A DNA stretch of 64,000 bases from Octopus sinensis. Its lineage: Eukaryota. The notes under the pieces were generated by a model, which was given only the letters and a program-made list of their open reading frames with translations, was not told the DNA's origin and did not search any database. This document shows positions 26,811-38,823 of the stretch, in pieces. A program made the translations under genes and the position numbers. The stretch covers positions 74,710,001 to 74,774,000 of the forward strand of contig NC_043006.1 of the NCBI RefSeq assembly GCF_006345805.1. Reading direction: 5' to 3'. Positions within the stretch are counted from its first letter, which is position 1. Every line of letters begins with the position of its first letter.

Positions 26811-27191
26811 TATTCGAGACAAAACCACTATTTTGCAAAACAAACAAGGAAAGACTTAATCAATACATAATTTTTTGACTATTTATTAAAATTTTATGTT
26901 ACTTAGCGGTTCGGCAAAAGAGACCGATAGAATAAGTACTGGGCTTACAAAAGAATAAGTCCCGGGGTCGAGTTGCTCGATTAAAGGCGGTGCTCCAGCA
27001 TGGCCGCAGTCAAATGACTGAAACAAGTAAAAGAGTAAAAGAGTAAATTGATTAAGTCTTTCCTTGTTTGTTTTGCAAAATAGTGGTTTTGTCTCGAATA
27101 ATATTTTATAATATTTTACTATAAAATCGATTTAATCCTAAATCTGATTTTTTCCCTGTAAATTTGGATTTATTCCCTAATATTTATTATT

Positions 27192-27245
<54 letters not shown>

Positions 27246-27677
27246 TGTGTGTGTGTCTGTATGTATGTGTGCATGTCTGTCTGTCTGTCTGTCTGTCTGG
27301 ATGGATGGATGGATGTATATGAATATATATATTATATATATATATCACGAAGTGTTGCTGCTCGTGCAATGGATATCAGTAGGTGTTTGATATTTCTTTT
27401 AATTCTGACTAATCTTTCCACTCCGTTTTGAAATTTAACGTATGTCAAAATGTGTGTGTGTGTATTTGTGTGTGTGTGTGTGTGTGTGTGTAAGCGTGTA
27501 TATATATATATATACACACATATATTATATATGCTTATATAGTATGAGCTTATGTATCGAAGTGCGCATGTATATATGCATGTACGTACCTCTGTATGTT
27601 TATACATGTACGTATGTGTTTGCCTATACCTATATACGCCTCTCTCTCTCTATCTATCTATCTCTATCTCTCTCTCT

Positions 27678-27746
<69 letters not shown>

Positions 27747-28122
27747 TACACACGCATATATCTATATATTGACTCAGAGGAATAGTGTTCAGAAAGAGTG
27801 GGACGGAAAGAATGTGACGTTGGCAAAAACCACAAAGGATTAAAATGGTTTACTGTATTTAGTTACGTCGTAATTTTGATTCCGAGTGGAATTCCAGTCA
27901 GGGCTTCTACCTTAACAGTTTTATAACTACAATTATTATTATTATTAGTTTCAAGGGGAAGGGAATTTGTGGGAAAGGGTGTTGTGACGGAAGGAAGTTT
28001 TTAGCAGGAAATGGGTCAATCAGTCAGCATAATAAAGTTAAAAAGATAATTTTCAGAATCTATCCACACACCTACATCGTACCATTCCCTTGAAAAAATT
28101 GATTAAGAAAATCAAAATTTTC

Positions 28123-28166
28123 GTTGTTGTTGTTATTGTTGTTGCTATTATTATTATTATTATTAC

Positions 28167-28205
<39 letters not shown>

Positions 28206-28706
28206 TGTGTGAGAGAGCAGTGCATGCCATCAAAGTGACACTGGGGTAAAACATATGAAGCCCTGTATACCCATCATGAGTACCCACCTGATAAGTGTAC
28301 ATCAGACACAGGCATCACAACCATATGTGCGCGACATGGTGATCTCATATCAAGATAAACAGCACATGACCTTGCAGGTGGGGCCCAGTTAGAGTCGTCT
28401 TCAGGTCGAGTAGCCCATCCCGCTCAAAAGGTCCCTCAATAAGGGTTGTTTAAGGATGTTGAACGAAACACCCAAGTTTCCAGAGGTGAATTATTCAAAT
28501 CCCAAAGAATTCCTCTCAACTCATGGCTATGATGCTTCCCCACTACTTCTGCTCGTGATCAGAGATGCACATATCGTCAGCCACTAACGGACATGCTCAA
28601 CTGGTTAAGGTCAAGCAACTGTCAAGCAAATCTGTGGTATTGAGCAGAATATTTGCTGTAGCCCATCTTTTATACCAAGACAAAAACAATGTACATGATA
28701 ACATTC
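28123..28706 (-). mobile_element. Unclassified retroelement 3' end with (AAT)n tail
   Basis: Long (TTA/TTG)n tract 28123-28205 followed by complex non-coding sequence. No protein motif recognised. Confidence 0.4.
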
Positions 28707-29479
28707 CCCTTTTGGGAGTTTCATATTGTTTAATTCTAATTGATTTTTATTGTGTTACACGCGGAAAACTCTTAGTATTGTCTTGTGTTATTATTATATA
28801 GAGCAGCGAGCTGGTAGAATCGTTAGCACGTCGGGTAAAATGCTTAGCGGCGTTTCGTCTGTCTGTCTGCATGTTCTGTGTTCAAATTCTGCCGAGGTCG
28901 ATTTTACCTTTCTTTCTTTCAGGGTCGATAAAATAAGTACCAGTTGAACTCTGGGGTCGATGTAATCGACTTAGACCATCTCCAGCAATTGCTGGCCTTG
29001 GGATAAAAGTTTAAACCACAATTAGTAAGACGACGAGCTTGCAGACTTGCAGAATCGTTCGCACGCCGTACAAAATGCGTTGCAAAATTTCGTCCATCTG
29101 TACGTTCTGAGTTCAAATTCTGCCGAAGTCAACTTCGTTTTTTATCTTTTCGAGGTCGGTAAAATAACTAGCAGTTAAGCACTGGGCTCGATGTAATGAA
29201 CTTGCGCCAAATTTCAGGTCTTGCGCCCAGAGTAGAAAGGATGATGGGTTGGCAGACTAGTCAGAGCATCAGGAAAAATGCTATGCTGTTTTCTTCATGT
29301 TACAAGGTTTGGGTTCGTGCCCTATATTCTTCCTTCTAAATTTCAATGATCTACATCAGTGGTTCGCAAGCGTCTTCATGCTGCTTCCCCCTGGACACCG
29401 AAGTCACATACCTAGCACCTCTCCTCCACTCACCACAGACACAGACCACTTTCTGCAATAAATTTAAAACAACTGTATT

Positions 29480-30260
29480 TCACAAATAAAACTTATCCTA
29501 ATTAACGTATTATTTCGTTGTTTTTCACATCCATTGCCCCTTTTGACTTCACCATTATCGCCCCACTTCTTCAACGCATCCCTCTGGATCTTTTCGCCGC
29601 TCCTAGAGGGGTAATATCGCCTACTTTGGGAATCACTAATCGACATAATTCTTCTCTAACCGTATAATCTAGACATATACTTTGGCCTTCACTATCGTCA
29701 AGCATTTCTCCTGGAGAAAGTACATCCTCAGCACAAATAAGGCCGTATCCCAACGACCAATCCTTCTCTTCAGAACTAGAAAATGCTTCAGTCTCTGACA
29801 GTTTTTAATAATCTGCAAAGCTTAAGCGAGTCCCACCTCACCTAAGAGTTTATACTCTTATTCGGCATCATGTTACTGACACACAGACAGACATCTTATA
29901 TTACATCCAGAAAAGAACTACTTAACTAACCGGGATAAAGTCATTCACATAAGCGCTCCAACCTTTGAATCACAGGTGCACTGTCTCTTCTCTCTATTTT
30001 TTCTACAACTATTACAATGACCATTTCCCTCTGTTCTGACTGGTTCCTGTGACCTTCATTCACGTTGTTACCAGCCCACTGATATTTTCTCTTCTCATCA
30101 CCCTTGTTGTCTAATCCCTCCAGGTCCGGTATTAGTCTCTATACCCAGTCCTCTTCTAGAACGTCCAGCCTCTGGAACTGCCTCCTTGCTCTTGTCTTCC
30201 CACTTAAAAATATCGCTCTCACGATGGCGGAGCTCCTTCTTGACAAGCAAGTATACGCGC
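29480..30260 (-). mobile_element. Decayed RTE-like LINE fragment
   Basis: GRWDTALFVLRMYFLQEK...LEKNYVD resembles RTE RT motifs; many stops. Confidence 0.45.
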
Positions 30261-30796
30261 GCGCACACACACACACACATACACATAATGTCATAGGAAT
30301 ATCGAAGCTTCGAGATAACGTAAAAAAACTTGTTTCGAACGGCTGAACTCGATTCGATTTTCGCTCCTTATTGAGGTCTCATCAGGCGTCTATATCACTG
30401 AACTCATCCCAAAGAAACAAGCAGCCGATCTATAAATAAACACAGAATATCCAGCAGCTTCAGCGAACTGGTGCTACGAATTTACATACGATAAGTGTCT
30501 AACATATCATTTAATATCAGCGAAACGCTATTCTCGTATCCCACGCGATATAGGTGAGTCACTCGAATGCCTTCATAAAAACGAACACATGCATAAGATA
30601 TTTCCCTATAACATTTTTTTTAAACATTGCCTCTCTTAATCTTATAATTTGAATCCAGTGGCTTGAGAAAAATAACGAAAATCATATATATATGTAATTG
30701 TATTATGTCTACTCATCCTTTAGTTTCCACACATATATAAATGTGTATTTGTGTGTGTATGTGCGTGTATATATATGTATATATATATATTCTAGC

Positions 30797-30844
30797 AAAA
30801 ACTGTCTGATGAACGGCAACGAGAAACTCAGAGTAACAGATTTT
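30797..30844 (+). ncRNA. Minimal type I hammerhead ribozyme, near-intact
   Basis: CTGATGA 30806-12; stem II CG-GCAA-CG with an A-A mismatch at its base; GAAA; stem III ACTC-A-GAGT; GUA triplet; stem I AAAACTGT/ACAG-A-TTTT. Confidence 0.7.
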
Positions 30845-30915
30845 GTTGAATTTTCTGCTGCTTTAAATAAAGTATATATATATATATATTGTGTGTGTGT
30901 GTGTGTGTGTGTGTG

Positions 30916-31157
30916 TATACATACATACACAAGCATACAACCTGTATCATATACGAGTATGTGTGTATATGTAATATATCCACGTATATACTTTCACCAG
31001 TCTTTCAGCTTACCTGTTTTACCTGAGACAATATTTAAACGTGATACGTTTTTTCATTTCATAGTTGTCTGGAATTAGGTATGTGACACCACACACACCT
31101 CTATAAACACATAAATATATATATACATACGTGTGTGTATACACACACATATATATA

Positions 31158-31195
<38 letters not shown>

Positions 31196-31450
31196 CATAC
31201 ATACACAAGCATACAACCTGTATCATATACGAGTATGTGTGTATATGTAATATATCCACGTATATACTTTCACCAGTCTTTCAGCTTACCTGTTTTACCT
31301 GAGACAATATTTAAACGTGATACGTTTTTTCATTTCATAGTTGTCTGGAATTAGGTATGTGACACCACACACACCTCTATAAACACATAAATATATATAT
31401 ACATACGTGTGTGTATACACACACATATATATATGTATGTGTGTGTGTGT
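30916..31450. repeat. Tandem duplication with a 276-bp period
   Basis: TATACATACATACACAAGC... starts at 30916 and again at 31192; the complex sequence is identical by eye. Confidence 0.9.
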
Positions 31451-31702
31451 GTGTACACACACAGACACACATATATAGTGCTGCCTATGAATGAGACTTC
31501 CAATGTGGATGAAATAATATATTAAAGGAGTAGTGTGTGTGTGTGTGTGTGTATGTATGTATATTCTTTTATATGTTTCAGCACTAAAGCTGTGGCCATG
31601 TTGGGCCACTGCCAATACACGCACGCACACACACACACACATATATACATACATACATAATTACATACATATATATACACATACATATATATATATATAT
31701 AT

Positions 31703-33385
31703 GTAGATGGCCCTGCTCGATCTGTAGAAAAGGTGTAGGTAGAAACTCTATAAGATGCACCAAGTGTAAGCTATGGACACATAAGAGGTGCAGCAATGTC
31801 ATAGGAAGGCTAACTAGGAAGATGGTTTTTGTATGTGGCAGATGCTCGGGAGCATTAACCTCTGAAAATCTGCAGAAAACAACTTCCGTCACTTTCCAGG
31901 GGGAAAAACTAGAAGTAGTTGATAGCTTCCGTTATCTTGGTGACCAAGTCAGTAGTGGGGGTGGGTGTGCTGAAAGTGTAACGGCTAGAGTAAGAATAGC
32001 CTGGACAAAGTTTAGGGAGCTCTTACCTCTGTTGGTGACTAAAGGCCTCTCGCTCAGAGTAAAAGGCAGACTGTATGATGCATGTGTACAAACAGCCATG
32101 CTACATGGCAGTGAAACATGGGCCGTGACTGCTGAGGACATGCGTAAGCTCGCGAGAAATGAAGCTAGTATGCTCCGTTGGATGTGTAATGTCAGTGTTC
32201 ATAGTCGACAGAGTGTAAGTACCTTGAGAGAAAAGTTGGACCTAAGAGGCATCAGATGTTGTGTGCAAGAGAGACGATTGCGCTGGTATGGTCATGTGGC
32301 GAGAATGGATGAAGATAGGTGTGTGAAAAAGTGCCACACCCTGGCAGTTGAGGGGACCTGTGGAAAAGGTAGACCCAGGAAAACCTGGGTCGAGGTGGTG
32401 AAGCACGACCTTCGAACTCTAGGTCTCACCACGGAAATGACCAGAGACCGAGACCTATGGAATATGCTGTGCGTCAGAAGACCCGGCAAGACCAGTGAGA
32501 ACAATCAAAATCAAATCATATATCAGAAAGCAGGGGTTAAGTGACCCATCTGTTCGTGTCCACTGTCAGCCTCGTCTGGCACCCGTGTCGGTGATACGTA
32601 AAAGCACCATTCGCTCGTGGCCGTTTGCCAGCCTCGCCTGGCCCCGTGCCGGTGACACGTAAAAGCACCGTCCGTTCGTGGCCGTTTGCCAGCTCCGTCT
32701 GGCCCCGTGTCGGTGGCACATAAAAGCACCGTCCGTTCGTGTCCGTTGCCAGCCTCGGCTGGCCCCCGTGCCGGTGACACGTAAAAGCACCGTCCGTTCG
32801 TGGCCGTTTGCCAGCTCTGGCTGGCCCCGTGTCTGTGGCACGTAAAAGCACCATCCGTTCGTGTTCGTTGCCAGCCTCGGCTGGCCCCCGTGCAGGTGAC
32901 ACGTAAAAGCACCGTCCGTTCGTGGCCGTTTGCCAGCTCTGGCTGGCCCCGTGTCCGTGGCACGTAAAAGCACCATCCGTTCGTGTTCGTAGCCAGCCTC
33001 GGCTGGCCCCCGTGCAGGTGACACGTAAAAGCACCGTCCGTTCGTGGCCGTTTGCCAGCTCTGTCTGGCCCCGTGTCGGTGGCACGTAAAAGCACCATCC
33101 GTTCGTGTCCGTTGCCAGCATTGCCTGGCCCCGTGCCGGTGACACGTAAAAACACCATCCGTTCGTGGCCGTTCGCCAGCTCTGTCTGGCACCTGTGCAG
33201 GTGGCACGTAAAAAACACCCACTACACTCGCGGAGTGGTTGGCGTTAGGAAAGGCATCCAGCCGTAGAAACACTGCCAAATCTGACTGGGCCTGATGAAG
33301 CCTTCCAGCTTCACAGACCCCAGTTAAACCGTCCAACCCATGCTAGCATGGAAAACGGACGCTAAATGATGATGATGATGATGAT
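31703..33385 (+). mobile_element. 5'-truncated RTE-clade LINE: PHD-like finger and RT C-terminus, minisatellite 3' UTR, (GAT)n tail
   Basis: Open frame 31705-32544 with CSIC-x10-CTKC-x4-H-x2-C-x14-CGRC, VDSFRYLGD, AMLHGSETW, RRLRWYGHVARM, GRPRKTW. Confidence 0.9.
32545..33215 (+). repeat. 61-bp GC-rich minisatellite, about 11 units, in the LINE 3' UTR
   Basis: AAAAGCACC recurs at 32600, 32661, 32722, 32783, 32844 and onward. Confidence 0.92.
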
Positions 33386-34700
33386 ATTAGAAAAACATGT
33401 GTCATTAATACAAATCTGTAAATACACAACCATCCAGATTTCTGAGTACCGTATTTTTTCTAATATATAATACCTGTACTTCACCTCCAAACCTTCTAAT
33501 ACACACACATATATATATGCAACAGGCTTCTTTCACTTTCTATCTACCAAATCGGCTAACATACCTTTGGTCACCTCAGCTCAATTATGGAAGTCTCTAG
33601 CCCTAGGTAACATACAGTGGAACTCGAACCATGCAGACCCAAATCTACGTGTTTGCGAAACAAACTTATTATACAATATTTATTTCTTTATTGCTCGCAA
33701 GGGGCAAACATAGAGGGGACAAACAAGGACAGCCAATAGGATTAAGTCGATTACATCAACCCCAGTGCGTAACTGGTACTTATTTAATCGACCCCGAAAG
33801 GAGGAAAGGCAAAGTCGACCTCGGCGGAATACGAACTTCTTAATAACACAATATACAACCAGACCAGCATCATGCGAAATGCTGATATCTACTTATATAT
33901 AAAAAAAAGCAAGAAATGATAAATGGATATAGCAACTGAGTGACCTACATAACTACAGTCATTCATGTGCTCCTCTGTGTGTGTGTGTGAGTATTCGTGC
34001 ACGTACAAGTATCATCATTAATGGGCTGATCTCTGCCAGCAGGGTAAGTAGTTAAGAAGCTTGCTTTCCAACCATCTGATTCTGGGTTCAATTCTCACTT
34101 GGACAAATCCCGGGCCAACTAAAGTATTGTGAGTGAATTTGGTAGACGGAAACTGAAAGAATCCCGACGCATGTATGTGTGCGTGTGGCTTCCAAGCGAG
34201 GTAATAATTTCCCTGAATATTGAACAACAAACAACCTAAACATGGTTATGCAGTGAACTGCAAAAAAATGAGACTATTTTCTTGCAAACCAGAGCACACA
34301 TGTGAAGATGTAAGGAAATACAAATTGACATCATCATCATTATTATTCAACATTCGTTTTCAATGCTGGCATGGGTTGGACGGCTTGACAAGAGCTGACA
34401 AGACAAAGGGACCCAACAGGTTCTATAGTGTTTCTGCTTGGTTTCTACAGCTAGATACCCTTCCTACCACCAACCACTTTACAGAATGTATCGAGTGCTT
34501 TATACATAGCATCATCACGTCACACACATGCAGCAGGTTTCTTTTAGTTTCCATCAACCAAATCTTCTCATAAAGGTTTTGGCTGGGCCAGGGAACCTGA
34601 AAGTACAATTAAGTGAACTTTTTCACCATACAGCCATGCTTAACAAAGCTAATATATAAAATATGATCAAAAACAGACACAAGGTTACAAAATGCCATTA

Positions 34701-34706
34701 TTTATT
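34701..34706 (-). promoter_or_regulatory. Candidate polyadenylation signal AATAAA for CDK11
   Basis: TTTATT on the + strand, about 230 nt downstream of the stop codon. No transcript evidence. Confidence 0.5.
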
Positions 34707-34936
34707 TAATAATATTTTTCATAATTCTTTAATATGATACAAATATTGAAAACTCAACCAATATGGTGAATATAAGAGTGGATAAAGAAGATGGATGAAT
34801 ACAAAAAAAAGAAAGATGGTCAAAGAATGGATGACAAGAAGAACAAAGATGATAAGATGTCTTTGAGAAGAATCTCAGAAACATTTTTGGTGAATGCAAT
34901 AATGAAATATGAAGATGCATAGAATAGTTAGCAGAT

Positions 34937-35038
34937 TTAGAACTTGAGACTGAAGCCAGGCCCAACAGCTGATACACCTTTCGCTGCAGTCGCCATGTGG
35001 AACCCTCCAGGAATTGCAGCCTCATCACAGCCTTCTTC
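34937..35038 (-). CDS. CDK11: CDK11 terminal coding exon: EEGCDEAAIPGGFHMATAAKGVSAVGPGFSLKF*
   Basis: Acceptor ttttgcag|GAAGAA. Ends in GPGFSLKF-TAA, the conserved CDK11 C-terminus. Confidence 0.95.
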   Translation of the reverse strand, partial: EEGCDEAAIPGGFHMATAAKGVSAVGPGFSLKF

Positions 35039-35989
35039 CTGCAAAATAAAAAGGAAATAATACATTTTTTTTATGGCAGGGTGGTGAGAAAAAGTGAAGA
35101 ATAGAAAAACTGCAATTCATAGGTTACTTTCAGGAGGAAGGAAACAGAAAAGAAACTCAAAATATTGTTAGATCAGAGCTCGACTGAAGGCTTGCAATAG
35201 AATGGGGCCCACTCAAGGCACCTGCCCAAGTGCCAGGTGATTGTGTTAAACAGGGTGATGGATCAGGTCTATCAATCTATGACAAGCAGATCAAACATAA
35301 ACAAATGAACAGGTTTCTGTACAGTTTATGTGTCCAGCTAATTTTACTCACAAGGCTCAAATCAACCTGAGACTAAAATAGGAAATAATTGTCCAAGGTG
35401 CTGCACAGAGAGATTGAACCCGGAACTATGTGATTAGGCAAAGTAAACTTCCTAAACACACAGCCATACCAGGACCCATCAAAAAGTAATATCTACTTAT
35501 TTCAGCACAAGGCCATACTCTTTTAACACAGAGACAGGGTACAAAAGCTTACAAGCATTTAGGATGGGGGCAGAATACAGATGCATAGATTTTTAGGGTA
35601 GGGGCAATATTACTAAGCTGCAATTTGTTTGTGTTGATTCTAGAAAGATGAGGCATAAAGCTAAGACACACACACAATGATCAACACAGTTTCTGTCTAC
35701 AAAATGCACTCACAGGGTGTTGGTCAGTCTGGGGTTATACTTAAAGACACTTGCCCAAGATGCCATGCAGTGGGACTGAACCCAAAACTATGTGGTTGCA
35801 AAGTGGGCATTTTAACCACAGGGCCATGCCTGTTTAAAATAAATAGTAATAATATATTGGGATCGACTTAATTCACACTGGGCCCATTGTATATATTTAA
35901 GACCTTACACCTATGTAAAAACAATAACTTTTGTTACTTAGCAGTGTAAACAAACCTACACTTGCTTGATTACAATGAAATATCATCAT

Positions 35990-36500
35990 TTAATATCCAT
36001 TCTCCATGTTTGTATGGGCTGGCAAACTGGAGGGCTGCAGCAGGCACCAGTCGTCTGTTTTGCAAGGTTCTATGACTGGATGCCCTTCCTAATACCAACC
36101 ACTTTACAAAGTGTACAGGATGCTTTACACAAGGGGCCGGCATAGGTGCTTTTACGTGGCACCACCTCGGGTGATCTTTTCATGTGGTGCCAACATGAAT
36201 GCTTTTGTACATGATGCCAGCACAAGTGTCCTTTTGCAGTTGCGTTTTTTATGTGGCACCAGCACAGGTTCTTTTTGTATGAGGTGCCAGCAAAGGTGCT
36301 TTTTGTATGTGGCAACAGCACAGGTTCTTTTTTTATGTGGAGCCAGCACAGGTTCTTTTTTTATGTGGCACCAGCACAGGTTCTTTTTTTATGTGGAGCC
36401 AGCACAGGTTCTTTTTGTATGAGGTGCCAGCAAAGGTGCTTTTTGTATGTGGCAACAGCACAGGTGCCTGCTCATGTAACGCCAGCACAGGTGCTTTTTA
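35990..36500 (-). repeat. RTE-type 3' end carrying a 28-bp tandem array
   Basis: Unit CAGCACAGGTTCTTTTTTTATGTGGCAC. An identical block at 36261 and 36401 gives a 140-bp period. Confidence 0.8.
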
Positions 36501-36643
36501 CATGAAAAACAGCATGGGAATGGTATTAATAAAGCCTTAATAAATAAATCATGAGAACTAGTGTTAGTAAGCAGTGAAAGCTAGAACATACATGAAGACT
36601 GACATGGAAATCCAACAAATGAACTTTATGAAAAAACACTTAC

Positions 36644-36833
36644 AATTAACTTGGCATATGCCTTGCCACCAGATGGCGGTTTTGGGGAGTTACCATGTTT
36701 ACGTGGTTGCTCACTTTTAGCTGGCCATGTCGGAAACATCGAAGGACTTACAGGGGCTGGCGATTCCTTGAAATATTCATGAGATTTGGCTTCTTCAGCT
36801 GTTATTCTTTTGGAAGGATCAAACGTGAGAAAT
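36644..36833 (-). CDS. CDK11: CDK11 exon (190 nt): FLTFDPSKRITAEEAKSHEYFKESPAPVSPSMFPTWPAKSEQPRKHGNSPKPPSGGKAYAKLI
   Basis: Subdomain XI plus the CDK11 MFPTWPAKSE motif. Acceptor tttctag|ATTTC, donor ATT|gtaagt. Confidence 0.96.
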
Positions 36834-37811
36834 CTAGAAAGAAAAACACAGCAAACACTTAAGATTAGAAACACGGAGAGAGAAAGAACATCTTGGTATT
36901 TGCTGCTACACAAAAAGAACTATGGTGAATTTAGTTAATAGACAGTCATAACTAGGGGACACACAACACACACCATCTCCACTGCCACCACCATCATTTA
37001 TAATCATCATTTAACATACACTTTTCTATGCTTGCACAGGCCAGATGAAACTTGTTGAGGCAGATTTTCTAGAGCCGACCCATATCTGTTCCCAAGCAAA
37101 GTTATATTTCACCAAAGCCAATGAACAACCTCACTTGTATGACAATGATGCACATGTGATGTCAAGACATGGAGACACACAAACACAAACACACACACGT
37201 ATGCAAAACACAGATGAGAGGTTTCTTTCAGTTTCAGTCTACCAAATCCACACTCATAAGGCTTTGGCCACCCCTAAGGCTATAGCAGAAGACATTTACC
37301 CAAAATGCTACACAGTGGGACTGAACCCAGAATCATGTAGTTGGGAAGCCAGCTTCTTAACCACACAACTGTACCCGCACCTATACACACACTGTAAATT
37401 AGTTGGTGATAAAGAAGGGCAGAAATAGTGAAATGCATGAATGAGATGTGGAGTCCACAAGCCACAACATGGGTTGCCGATCTACACAGGAGGACCCAAG
37501 TAAGAATTGATGCAGAGTAGAGAAGATTCTTTAGGTCTTCTCATGAGACAACCTCTCTAATGCTGTTGGTGGTTTGATAAATGGCACCCAAGTCACACTG
37601 TAAAACAGGCACAACACTAGATATCTTTTATCTGTTATTTGTTTCAGTCACTGTTTTATCATGATTGTGAGCTCGACATTCTAACCACTGAGCCATGAAA
37701 AAAATAAATAAATGTAAAACTCAGATGATGATGAATTCAAAGGACCCAGTTAATCCATGCAGAACCACATATATGAACAGTTAATGACAAAAAAAGCAGA
37801 GAACTACTTAC

Positions 37812-37960
37812 TTGTTAAGGAGATCAAATCCCAAATCTGTGAGGTAGGATCCAAAACGTACACGTAGCTTGTTGTAGGTATATTCCCCAAAGTTGACTTT
37901 GCGAAACACAGGCAGTTCACTAACACCAGGCCAGATTTTTTCATTTGGTGTTCCCAAATC
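37812..37960 (-). CDS. CDK11: CDK11 exon (149 nt): DLGTPNEKIWPGVSELPVFRKVNFGEYTYNKLRVRFGSYLTDLGFDLLN; absent from the ORF track
   Basis: Translated by hand. Acceptor ttttcag|GATTTG, donor AACAA|gtaagt. Matches the CDK DLGTPxEKIWPG motif. Confidence 0.95.
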
Positions 37961-38823
37961 CTGAAAAAAAAAGTCAGGTATTTTTATTAACGAAAGTCGT
38001 CAAAATTATGGTATTTTAGCAATAATGAATCTGATAGAGTGAGAAAATGGAGACATAATGAGGCATACATGACATACCAGCATACAAAGTTGTGAGGTCA
38101 GTTGTACAGATCTCACTGTACTAGCTGAAATGCTATTATGGGGATGCTGGCGTTGGAGGAATCGGTGGAACAGCTGGAGTGCGGTGGTATGGACATGAGT
38201 TGAGGAAGGATGAGGATCATGTTCTGAGGAGAGTGCTTGAGTTTAAAGTGAATGAACTGCAAAAGTGATGTCGACCAAAGAAAACGTGGAGGAGGAGATA
38301 GAGAAGAATGAGGATGCCCCAAACGGGGCAAGATGGTGTGAGAGCGGTTGCTGTAAGAGCAAGGTAGATCCAGCCACCCCCGTTAACAGATTTAAAATAT
38401 TGGACATCAATCGATCGATTTATAAACCAAAAACAGAAATTAGTGATGTTATTTACTCAGAGATGCCATTCACATGACTAACCAACATCTCAACATATTT
38501 TTATCTTCTTTGTAACCAACTCACCTGAAACTGCCTTTGGCTCTGTAGTACGAATGTCTTGTTTTCAAAAGCTCTGAATTAAAATCTTCCACCAAACCTT
38601 AGTCACAATTTATGTTTTTAACACTAGCTGAATGATAACTAAATTATTTTACTAAATTCTTATATCTAAAATTAATTGAAAGAAATACAGAACATTTCAG
38701 CAGAAATATGGTAACAAAAGAGTTAATATAGTGAACACCAAAATTCTATCTAGAAACACTAATATGATGAAGCAATAAAAAAAAGAGGGAGAAAAGAAAA
38801 AAATATAAAAATATTAGCTAAAA

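Noticed and set aside
32523-33336. Three ORFs of 200-256 aa; possible CRISPR-like array
   Set aside because: They come from a GC-rich 61-bp tandem repeat with no unique spacers and no cas genes, in eukaryotic LINE 3' UTR context.
34729-35028. 99-aa minus-strand ORF as the CDK11 last exon
   Set aside because: Wrong frame; the spliced frame ends GPGFSLKF* at 34937.
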